DNA from: a virus
Virus record (IMG/VR): IMGVR_UViG_3300027143_000001
Location: 32,001-96,000 of that record
Reading direction: 5' to 3' (one strand)
DNA length: 64,000 nucleotides
The notes below the pieces were generated by a model. That model had not been told where the DNA came from and did no database searches. It worked only from the letters and a program-made list of their open reading frames with translations. Positions 23,201 to 29,153 of this stretch are shown in pieces. Each line of letters opens with the position of its first letter. The first letter of the stretch is position 1. Position numbers and translations under genes: made by a program.

Positions 23201-23845
23201 GGATATCAGTACGTTGTTTAGCTCTGTTTCTGCAGGAAGTTCGTTCAGGTTAATATAACCTGTGTTCTGTAACAAGTCATCAAGCGCTGCACCCAGGTAC
23301 TTGCGCATGCTTGCGTTGTACGCAGTGTCTTCTGTATAGCTGTCGATGATATCGGTTACGCTTTTGCGGACCATGTCCACATAGCTGTCACGATCCTTTC
23401 CAGTGATACCGTTGGCGGTAAAGAATTGTCTGAGCAGGGTAATGATACCCTTGTCACCAAACAAATCACGGCCACGCTCAAACTCAGTTTGGCTGGCCAT
23501 CGCATCAATGCGGTCCTCAATGGTCTTGGCTGTAACAGCAGGCGCGGCTTTCTTGCCATACAAACCGTTCATGAACTTCATGTACGCTTTTGTGTCAGCA
23601 AGCAAGTGCACAGCACCCTTTACATCTGCAGCTTTACCAGGCTCGTAGAACTTAGCGTCTACACCGGCAAGCCCTTCATAAATGTAGGCCAGTTGATGGA
23701 TGGATAATTTTTTCTGCTCAGGAGTTAGGTCGCTGTCCATCACAAAGCGGACGGCATTGTCATAACTGCGGAAAGCAGCGGGATCATACTTGATCAGTTT
23801 TTGTACAAAAGAAATGTACTTGCCAGTTAGAATATCACAGGCCAT
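11249..23845 (-). CDS. Virion-packaged DNA-dependent RNA polymerase (crAss-like two-barrel vRNAP) with N-terminal zincin domain (4198 aa)
   Basis: Catalytic loop AGSDFDVDTLY (DFDVD at 15203-15217) preceded by RIPTEDKRSM; zincin motif FHEAFH (~20393-20410) followed by EEILAD; size and position typical of crAss-like vRNAPs. Confidence 0.9.
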   Translation of the reverse strand: MACDILTGKYISFVQKLIKYDPAAFRSYDNAVRFVMDSDLTPEQKKLSIHQLAYIYEGLAGVDAKFYEPGKAADVKGAVHLLADTKAYMKFMNGLYGKKAAPAVTAKTIEDRIDAMASQTEFERGRDLFGDKGIITLLRQFFTANGITGKDRDSYVDMVRKSVTDIIDSYTEDTAYNASMRKYLGAALDDLLQNTGYINLNELPAETELNNVLISLNNRELVEGFIQDGILYMIDETGETVALSKEDIRNYKAGRPAPFESNSSEERVPVTMLHSAMKIQAAFEEDRERLKNELAAMENPMSRVKIHAVRPGIAAARMERIQELAASNPEMAGLANRKHETFESTGQINFLKNTPGGVVLSVARPSQEEQKFQLIGEITMEDGKNILFNLWTLDNYVFVYDNNTTEKVDFNNAAHREKFQRLALLNGSAGPVELTESDMSTLMQSYNQLQQFKAKHADMLDDMFSKGVNSVDFTEEFFESFDMSQGRTRENPSLEEFMNVDSSLSLELEVATIDDDENVISTTKRKVPFVFYRTGNRETSFFMPNSVLAANERIKVGDSLYNEAEYFEYELGITDVDAFIKEELFSDNKYSQKNTLIVVRFKDGQPSSYLTLEDQKPMQTNEGFVDFINMVSEMVSTKERTGKGQPTKAAQAFNAMYRFSGARGPFYLNLEYFNGKLKFELVPKDKTSTSPLRVMLQDRSAFQFPFSEAFKARLVSLADELGPNGKMVKAAIADNPSLKSYDLSTAEGRMAFYSALSVMEESNSLTESAQELVQYLNDTREKFAQFLIDLVIKPLQERMGEHPEVEAALRSTYTFPNEGFNLEYLVVDKDNEGNKWPHVGLNRKKEAGTPSFYRNAKRFTVKHSNRAETLITSKASTATAPATEVIVNPTSPSGEGTSITAPPVNIVEPSSTLTDDAAVVNADVIVEAFEMLADGIPLKELNAQQQELVNNPTYSMIYNDFMGRMEMMADQMEGQPDDVVNAVLDSILNQMYDELSNAIDAMVNPAANSAVVGPYTILKINDSYDIQHEEEGVVAEYVPSMEEAMRIVNEMMASDAKSAENPSSFPDIPRMEDEAFKIADEYEAASMQDIKSEIAWFKEALGQFGIEVSDMQSIADLMRIDGTVLGMFKDRVLHLNAAMLSKGIVFHEAFHGVFRYLMTDMQRRELLNEVIGNPKYAEQFRDENLIEFARVRNFVYNKAEMMDLVAEEILADGFQRYMRAKRATAPKGLIGKLFELLKKLIGMFKANRDVIEQTYSDIATGKYKESIISGKAYDGKAAFEIKGLRKLVTTPTGRVMSGPTILLDDLEKEAVNMVVRQMLADNTKKKFEEKFQDAATVLLNEVYNIDMLLRQADPKFHADIKKEFLPKYNQMRFVLGQRLRDNKAGKQTDVYDINTTGIDTNDAMVLDNGTNTYGEESMAALMALVRKRLNEFNVSSTNPLNTQNLEDAMNAAVKPHDENAENREENPESGDFEASINELNRMDSLPAEFKKFLSTIRRDYIHPVYGILVPAIVDGRKMSPTLLKIAANKEPQQILPTLKMVYERWYDDGLINEAMDLEAVYNEIKKLTLLDNGSMPMANVQMYKMILNVLHGTRIGYVMFNMQYTEAVDIDMMSDEDIQKDTTPRFSISDKIQYKDINNKKNKLVERMILTQKSEKDNPEYRKAMLALIKLMSKVDSSETLFTGDKSQKTLDNLVDSLHKNMWAIGLQIPKSMLRFSLIAIQEMENEKTISKLSEDTLAKYELDRPFANEKEYLEKTFFTNLKNILEAAAGSETAPGKMFENMLDDENTASTEVKSFNSILRKSAKFMVKYDPTAFSSVVYNAEGKPIYEYVKYSPMVITAEDVRQKGLDGMLQEDPYYEAYLKDYIANNHLLGGVMQGKDDEMTKMVKLMLNNLRVEMFGGVQGKVGDTVLDGKTFKDLDEYALHILNFTSFLSRMEETSNAKDGKVTIQTYRRTFHQLESSNTNFLVSALYREFANKDGMKTVKMDGVAKPVLAVVEDLVGVIRQEYMSMRKEFARRDALKKEYESYTANNIVKDFNGRRDSNGKVQFTDANGNPLKAYKFHKLEDFFAANPAIQDVFAESAEEGLEFEEIDLGGLPLLLEEYAKKQFETYLKVLEFNNIIERKKEKNAAGDAEVEFITSTMLPSKLKIGYQKPVGLMEQYGVVKGSPVSRMNWENILADYFYNNWTNALHFNDVFDGNPAMNVKNAQDMVKRAKKYLASGDNMKEGYHRAAVLETIKGFIHEDYPEYGPYFTEQEIVNDPLPSAEVKQILMDDYKKAIAEESGENDFGGKYAGMLQKIFDGQSISLLMHQIDMHEQLGRLTSKVLDLLIAKHYRKLTESEIMTLQAMKVVNNAKKTVVGARNAYHKQSENLFDRLDTSRIKDEYFDGTAETEQDVYDVLHTMWSKVYDLRKVYQSQRLNGEDAASTFRQIQDTVKMIHEFYEPLPHRKMAHDMLNAMEYFQIDQLMDNEASKNTTKLPISVFTAPQKEGYMNLDFIAVEVDNRFKFLQVETSGVKDKAKLSVQAKMLLPADINMLADLIEIADNRKLDAKERKFLDDLSERLVKDYEDSLRDATRSRLLYLTNVMRGMVPSDASARQKELSKNAAAENVSADAAAQISQLAVVINDFKGKKAVTERHKQNARLILDALNNDSSVSKEIAEQAESIVNDIVEAGNFKISKIYDMIRENLSVQGAPQQMLELFELDASGKPLYSPNMPEIRSMLEYYFFSQYSKHVTDEKGAGGKYIHISQFGYDVLYDKTTGKVIKTADYAKNPKLYTNVGTRKLGVTQEAELDKDGNPTGRTIYMVECILPEPFRDNPEFKEFFEQELTRMFATRIPTEDKRSMVILKAVDYMDSSNLNGIVVPYMVHLLAGSDFDVDTLYAQAYSYYKNMMGKFVKYGDYKNYRNEREGQFVEFMHFMSKKEEFSDLIANRMREIMEEGSFDMDSDSEIFRYMEMLGFTEDDFVKTVNLGQIRARLDEMQSDIDALSEQRDELGNYLDDLKDQIALGETKMKGKKRANSIKDIKERRRKAIEEIRGVKQQLFDTIKNIRPLQEESWEAASTAEKFMYSAAKIKAMFDVFSKFDIPISIEAFEKHEFMKDLVADKFQNQNLNARQAMLGNEYIFNYLYKRERSSVDRFKQLAKEFGIDLKRSGLKTNHYTISSIIRSKADNGIFKDGIGITANMNKFLAMASWYQLELAKPVWQFHATADGKNWNRLNKFGSINGENQRVIALIGNVLGMFADGVKEPIPSALKMNDVNTGVTLAMIGVGLRPEFAIGFNFIPEIAKATANVIATQRALRSTTNQQFASLSSEVRKAASAVLTEEVYQELEEAGLLNENSTMFEPMLNKSQLVIEFTTPKDRGEMLNDERMMNNELSIGEIGFNVSALKSKAVLSEEAKKFVLLFMYEQQAAQSFDISTAGSMINMLKSLNPDFASFDTIYKNMSSMMTAESIFTEESMAPMINDQVWNQLYRMANDLDQQSSNLFLERGPFFREINRVFKELFNDKSQIAKTIVGYVAIKRLRDTLPGSRKSSDKYIQSLIDREDKALQDTFTAEFWFTNTLGEELRSFQTKYPNNKFLNFLKEEVVESELAQVGDEQLPMRFIKMINTVKLKSDEASGVYNDALSLMNDQEGKLFLKKLFYHELARAGMGHKKNMFYNFLPRVFRKELSNNIDMFVDTLKTTHNDPEAFQSMIQKYFGATDNDAVYDAFDMLFTNMVYNAIKEPNNTRIKTRYNLNVSGNKRLMQTLPVSVDMSDDEKRAAVTNVVNAMFGKAGEIVPTSQRGNTVLPLGEKELGPEFILDLSSEKLGIYGLNNVAIQRIAMSYGITPGDENNWMFPMVIKFQDGSVYMLQGAGSDTSNTIGQSVYDTLSGKKGGFNTVGDTARYTLVPGNLMSNNISPLGFDADEINRFAEMSVEKVEEVSYDDFENYIPTDFRATQTLRATPEKEEVIETNDEQEEVDETEGAGISGDLGMAARILAKKRGITVSEPAQKPAEKTEEQAPVEEAEETTLTIEPGRYVKFNDAVYIVTKINANGTIQIYNPTKEGAGSKVSVAERNLTAQPQTAKIVTYNDKQYMVTPKGNIISMATFKQMNWAENDGNRKAIMALVAQPAQTQQQQDLQPDMFEDEDGNLEASLEKDLVDLNMTDKALRYLYQNSSQRMPFDKFAEEAKRYVDKTRGVKFTEDIIEDITCL

Positions 23846-23877
23846 AACAGGTTAGCGTATTATCAGAGGGTACTGGA

Positions 23878-26800
23878 TTAGAAGCATGCATGTATATCGC
23901 GGAGGATATTTACAAGGTCTGTCTTCGTCACCGGTGCCTCAGTTTTTGTAGATGTGTCCTCCTCTACAAATTTACTAATTTCCTGTGTATCTTGGTTAGC
24001 TTTAGCTTTAAATTCTGCAAGTTTTTCGTCAAGCTCTACAAAATCTTCAAAAGTTAAACTTGCTGCATTCGCTGTGGTAGTTGTCTCAAACAGTGGTACA
24101 TCCTCGCCTGCAGGGCTTTCCACTACCACCGGAGCGTCTGCCGCTTCCTGTGTAGTTCCCTTTTTCAGAATACGTGTGGCAATTCCTTTCAAGGTACTTT
24201 TTCCCTTAGGGGTTTTGCTAAACTCTTCCAGGCTTGAAAACGGTGTATCACGTTTAGCGTTAGCTCTTGCCAGTGCCTCCAGTGCTTTGGAGTGGAACTC
24301 ATTCTTCTGTGTAAGCGTTGCACCCGTCATGTAGTTGTACACCACATCCAGTTCACTGCGCGTGCGGTCCAGCGATTGCTGTAGTTCATCTGCCTGTTCT
24401 TCTGTCAGGGGTTGGTCATTTACAGGTGTACCGTTATTGTCCACCACGTTCATACCATTGCCCTGCTGTTCTGTATGAAAATTATCACCGCTTTCTTCAC
24501 GTGCAGCCTGCTGACGTTGTTGGCGCTTGTTCCTTAATAACTGGGCAGCACTCATGGCTCCTGACTCTCCTACACCTTCTGTTTCATCTACCTCTTCAGG
24601 TTCCGTTTGCTCAGGTTTAACAACTGGTGCATACTGTTCTAAAGCAGCTAGTTCTGCGTTATATTCAGCAATAATATCAAAAGCTTGTTTTGGTGCATTA
24701 AGTTTATCAGCAACCGCATAACCAATAGGATTAGCTTTTTGTAACCAACTAATATAAGTACCTTTTGATAAATCTTCGGTAAACTTGGGTATGCCTAATA
24801 CTTCTGCATAATAATCAAGAAGCATTTGAGTTACAGGGGTTCTAGTATTAGATTGTGTATCTGGAAAATCTTCTCTTTTATATTTAGCTTCTGTATCAGC
24901 TTTAGCATCTGTAGCAGAATCTTGACCTTCTTGTGAAGATTGTCCTGAATTTTCTGAAGATGCCTTTGCAACAATACGGTGTGGCTCTTGCATGACTTGG
25001 ATATCCAGATCAGGATATTTGTCAGACACTGCCTGGATAGCGTCCAGGATAGCCTGACGGTCTTCTGGTGAAGCGTTCTGTAAACCGGTAGCAATGTGTA
25101 CACCCCCGTTGAGGATGTCCTCCTCAATCTGCTGTACCATTACTTCATTGCCTTCTTCTACTTGTTCCGGTGTGGCATTCACTGCCTGGCCACCGTTGAG
25201 CTCAGCCAACTTGGCTTCTGCCTCACTGCGGTTCTTGGTCCAAAACGATTGACCGTTCTCATCATACCAGTAGTCGTTGATCGTGGAATCCAGAATGCTA
25301 AAACCAAGATACTTGTCTTCAGCCAGGATATACTTTGGACCTGCCGCTGCAGCAGGTTGTTCCTCTTCCTCTTCTTCTTCTGTTTGCTGAGGTGTTGCGC
25401 CTGCTGGTGCAGGAGCAGGTGAAGGACCTGTAGGGTTCTGTGGTGTAGCAGCCGGTGCAGGATTTTCTGTATCGTCCACCCTGGTTTCTGTCTGTGGTGT
25501 TGCTTCTACTTCTGCTGCTTTGTAATCGTTTACCACCTCATCAATGTCAGTGGTGTATTTATCATACACTTCCTGTTCACGGCTTGTCAGTGGGATTTCA
25601 TCAAATAACTTATTGGCAATGCGCACCATAACCTGAAACGACGGGCGCATGTCTTTCTTAAAATTCTCATACTGCTCATCACTTAGGTCAGCATAACCTT
25701 CCATACTGATGTTTCTGCGGTAGATCTTAGCCATGACAGCTTTAAGGTTGCTGCTGATCTTTTCCACCTGCTCTTGTGCATACTTGTTCATCTGCACACC
25801 AGCGTTAGGATCAAGCACAATAGTCTCCAGGTTTCTGTACTCTTCACTCTTAAATGTAGCAGCTGCAATCTCCTCACGAATACGGTCACGCTCAGCTTTC
25901 TCAGAGTCGCTGTCCCCAAAGATCTTAAGGTTCATCACCGCAACCATCCATTGTTTCTGTGCAAGTTCTTCTACACTATCCAAATACTGCATTACCAGGT
26001 ACTTGAAATTACCGTCCGTCATGCGGTACAGCATCATCTCAAAGTTCTCTGGGTTAAACAATACGTCTACTGCTTTCATGTACTCCTTAGCGTCCTTATC
26101 CAGGCGCATGTAGTCAATGATCTTTTGGAAAGGCTCCTGGTACGGAAAGGTCATGTTCATGTCCACGTCCAGTCCAGCCTGTTTGTTTTTGAGTTGCATC
26201 AGTCGCGCAAAGTTGGTAAACACCTCTGGGTCGTGCATGTCAAACTCATCATCTTCCTCTACGGTAGATGTTTCTGTAAGTGTGGTACCGTCTGCTTGTG
26301 TACGTTCACCACTCATGGTGCGATAGGTCTTGCGACCAGGCTTGCGCTTTCCAATGAATGATTCCAAATCGTCTTCTTCAATCTCTTCCTCCATCTCCTG
26401 ACCCTGGTCATTGGTCACCGTGTTCTTGGTTGTACGCATACTCCACCACGATGTCCACGTATCAAGCTCTTGCAGTTCACTTTTCTTATCAGCAATTTGT
26501 TGCTCCAGATCTTTCTTTTGCTCAGGGGTAAGACCCTCCGCCTGCATGTTCTGCATCAGGATGTTGATGTCTGCTGATATGTTACCAATCTCCGCTTTCA
26601 GGGCATTAGGGTTTGTCAGAATGCGCAGTGCATAATCTGCAGAGTCTGCAATTCCTGCAATAGAGCGGATGTCATTGGATAATTGTTGTACACGCTTAAC
26701 AGTCATCTCCCCTTTGATTGCATTGTATGCAATTACAGAGATTGCCTCGTCTTGTACCTGGCGCATTACAGCAGCCACGTAGCGGTCACGTGAACCTTCC

Positions 26801-29148
26801 TGGTATCTGAATGGGTCAGCTAACTGCCCTACCTTTCTTTTTACACCCTCAATGACCTCAGAGTATTTCTTGACATCACGGGCTACAGAGTCACTAAACT
26901 CAGCTGCACTAGAGTACTTGGTGTCTTCAATGTTAACACCCATCATCTTACTGAACTCCTCGTTGGACATTTCCATGCCCATGTTACGGATTGCACTCTC
27001 AAATGCTTTAACAGAGTTGGTACGCTGTGCTGCTAATACAGCATGTAGCAACGCGTTATCCTTACCGTTCTGAAATTCATACTGCTTACCTTGCGCAGCA
27101 GCCGCGGTCATTTCCTGGGCAGCTTCTGTTTGGGCAGCAAAGTTGAACATTTTGTGGCTCATGTTGTCCCCAGAGCTTAGCTGACGAAACGCTGCATTTA
27201 GTGTTTTCAAATCGTTGTCAAGTGCTTTCTCAGCTTGCTTGACGGGATCTGCAGCAGGGTCGTTTTTATACTGCATGCTGGTAGCAGCATTGCTCATCTT
27301 CTCCAGCAAACGTGATGTGGCAGCAGTGGGGATGCGTATCACCGATCCTGTCACAGCCCCCATCAAAAATGTCTTGAATCCCTGTTTGGTAAACTGCTCT
27401 TGAAATCCTTCACCAAACGCTTCTGTTAAACTCTTTTCTGCATTTTGCGCTTTGGCCATGTAGTATTCCTGCCATGACTTGGAACTCATTTCCTGCAAGT
27501 TTTCCTGCAAACCTTCTGTTACCTCCATGCGCAGCATGTCCTTGGTCAATGCTTTACCTACCTGGTATGCAGCTTCTTTCTTTCCAAAGTCCTTGGATAT
27601 CTGGCCCAGTACACCGTACGTGCCAAAGAATCCTTTCTTATAACCCTGAGTAAGTAATTTCTTAGTTGCAATATCACGTCCTTCCACAAACAGCATACGC
27701 TCTGCACCTTCTTCCAACAGGTCCTTGATTACTTTGTTGGCTGGTGTAAATCGGTTGAACAGGTTACCAAACTGTAACTTGTTGGTTACCATCAGGATAG
27801 CCAGGTTTGTATTGTAGTTAGATGCACTGGTATCTGTAGCAGCCTGCTTGAATTTTTCAAACTCTTCTTCAGGAGGTAGCAAGCCGTTGTTTCTGTCTTT
27901 ATAATCTTTGACAAGTTTGTCCAGGGTATCACCATATGACGTCACCGCTTCAAACGATGCCTCTGTTGCACTCATATTAAACTCCTGAGCCAGTCTTCTG
28001 ACACCCTGGAGTCCCATACCTGTTAACTCAAAAGCATTCTTTCCCGCCTTGGCTCCCGCTACAATCTTTTCCCCATAGCGCACGCCTGTACCTAACAAAG
28101 GTACACCACGCACAAACTGTCCTGCAAACTCACTGAAGTTCTTACTGCGCCACATACCACCAATATTGTTGGAGTACATGGTAAACGTATCAGCAATCGT
28201 ATCCTGCATGCGTGCAGAGAAAGAACGTCCTGTTGCAGCAGCCACCTCAGCAGCTTCATCTGCCTTACCGGCTACTTTAGCAGAAGCACGGATAGCATCT
28301 ACACTTTGATTGGCTTCAGTGAAACCTCTACCAATATCTGAAATAGCATCTGTAAACCTGAAGCCTGATTTGACTCCAGCCTCCACGCCTTCTTTAGCAA
28401 GCTTCTTGACTCCCATCTTGGCACCCAGCCTGGCAAAGGTGGCACCAAAGGATGCAATGCCTCCACCTGCGGTCAGTGCTGTGATAGCAGCATCTGCAGC
28501 CAGCTCGACGCCTAACGCACCAAATGTACCCAGGGCAAACCCGGAGTTGGAGATCAGGTCAGCTGCAAACTTCTTGTTGAATATACCTTCCTCATCTTCC
28601 TTGGACGCAAACACAAAGTTGCGGTTCATGTCAAGCTGGTCCTGGTAGTACTGATCAATCAGTGTCTGTTCGTCTGGGCGCAACTTGTCCCAGTCCATGG
28701 ACAATAATGCATCACCCATGCGACCATAGTCTTTCCACCAGTCCGTAAAAGTGTTACCAAATCTATAACCTGCTGAGTCAAATGCTTTGCCCATAGCAGT
28801 GCCCCATGTTTCATTATCAATGGCACGTTGGGTGTTATAGGCATCGCCAGGTGAAAATGCGTCACCTTTGAAATTTTCCTGTTGAATAAACTTATCAACC
28901 TGCTCTGCATTCCAGTATTCTGTACCAGGAGATTCAGCAGTGGTCAGGCTTTCCAAGAGACTCATCTTGGGAGGAGCAAAGTTTTCCTGCGCATACTGGT
29001 TGGCAGATTGCTCCATACTTGTTTTAAAAGAAGATGCAGGTCCTGAAGCGCCAGTTAACTGTCCGCTTTGGAATGCATCTGCTATTTGTCCAATGGTAGG
29101 TGGATCACCTCCACCTTCCTGCATATTCAAATCTAGTTCCTCCGCCAT
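23878..29148 (-). CDS. Giant virion cargo/ejection protein with putative membrane-inserting helices (1756 aa)
   Basis: Gly/Ala hydrophobic segment (GFALGTFGALGVELAADAAITALTAGGGIASFGA), TEGLQENLQ motif, acidic low-complexity C-terminal third; directly upstream of the vRNAP gene. Confidence 0.7.
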   Translation of the reverse strand: MAEELDLNMQEGGGDPPTIGQIADAFQSGQLTGASGPASSFKTSMEQSANQYAQENFAPPKMSLLESLTTAESPGTEYWNAEQVDKFIQQENFKGDAFSPGDAYNTQRAIDNETWGTAMGKAFDSAGYRFGNTFTDWWKDYGRMGDALLSMDWDKLRPDEQTLIDQYYQDQLDMNRNFVFASKEDEEGIFNKKFAADLISNSGFALGTFGALGVELAADAAITALTAGGGIASFGATFARLGAKMGVKKLAKEGVEAGVKSGFRFTDAISDIGRGFTEANQSVDAIRASAKVAGKADEAAEVAAATGRSFSARMQDTIADTFTMYSNNIGGMWRSKNFSEFAGQFVRGVPLLGTGVRYGEKIVAGAKAGKNAFELTGMGLQGVRRLAQEFNMSATEASFEAVTSYGDTLDKLVKDYKDRNNGLLPPEEEFEKFKQAATDTSASNYNTNLAILMVTNKLQFGNLFNRFTPANKVIKDLLEEGAERMLFVEGRDIATKKLLTQGYKKGFFGTYGVLGQISKDFGKKEAAYQVGKALTKDMLRMEVTEGLQENLQEMSSKSWQEYYMAKAQNAEKSLTEAFGEGFQEQFTKQGFKTFLMGAVTGSVIRIPTAATSRLLEKMSNAATSMQYKNDPAADPVKQAEKALDNDLKTLNAAFRQLSSGDNMSHKMFNFAAQTEAAQEMTAAAAQGKQYEFQNGKDNALLHAVLAAQRTNSVKAFESAIRNMGMEMSNEEFSKMMGVNIEDTKYSSAAEFSDSVARDVKKYSEVIEGVKRKVGQLADPFRYQEGSRDRYVAAVMRQVQDEAISVIAYNAIKGEMTVKRVQQLSNDIRSIAGIADSADYALRILTNPNALKAEIGNISADINILMQNMQAEGLTPEQKKDLEQQIADKKSELQELDTWTSWWSMRTTKNTVTNDQGQEMEEEIEEDDLESFIGKRKPGRKTYRTMSGERTQADGTTLTETSTVEEDDEFDMHDPEVFTNFARLMQLKNKQAGLDVDMNMTFPYQEPFQKIIDYMRLDKDAKEYMKAVDVLFNPENFEMMLYRMTDGNFKYLVMQYLDSVEELAQKQWMVAVMNLKIFGDSDSEKAERDRIREEIAAATFKSEEYRNLETIVLDPNAGVQMNKYAQEQVEKISSNLKAVMAKIYRRNISMEGYADLSDEQYENFKKDMRPSFQVMVRIANKLFDEIPLTSREQEVYDKYTTDIDEVVNDYKAAEVEATPQTETRVDDTENPAPAATPQNPTGPSPAPAPAGATPQQTEEEEEEEQPAAAAGPKYILAEDKYLGFSILDSTINDYWYDENGQSFWTKNRSEAEAKLAELNGGQAVNATPEQVEEGNEVMVQQIEEDILNGGVHIATGLQNASPEDRQAILDAIQAVSDKYPDLDIQVMQEPHRIVAKASSENSGQSSQEGQDSATDAKADTEAKYKREDFPDTQSNTRTPVTQMLLDYYAEVLGIPKFTEDLSKGTYISWLQKANPIGYAVADKLNAPKQAFDIIAEYNAELAALEQYAPVVKPEQTEPEEVDETEGVGESGAMSAAQLLRNKRQQRQQAAREESGDNFHTEQQGNGMNVVDNNGTPVNDQPLTEEQADELQQSLDRTRSELDVVYNYMTGATLTQKNEFHSKALEALARANAKRDTPFSSLEEFSKTPKGKSTLKGIATRILKKGTTQEAADAPVVVESPAGEDVPLFETTTTANAASLTFEDFVELDEKLAEFKAKANQDTQEISKFVEEDTSTKTEAPVTKTDLVNILRDIHACF

Positions 29149-29153
29149 ATCAA

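Noticed and set aside
11249-23845. Inteins or self-splicing introns in the vRNAP and other giant genes
   Set aside because: No intein C/S...HN-C/S/T junctions or LAGLIDADG/HNH motifs were seen, and the ORFs are uninterrupted.
23967-23974. Internal TAAATTTG promoter upstream of the vRNAP gene
   Set aside because: There is no -33 TTTG at the expected spacing, and the octamer is explained by the codons for SKFV.
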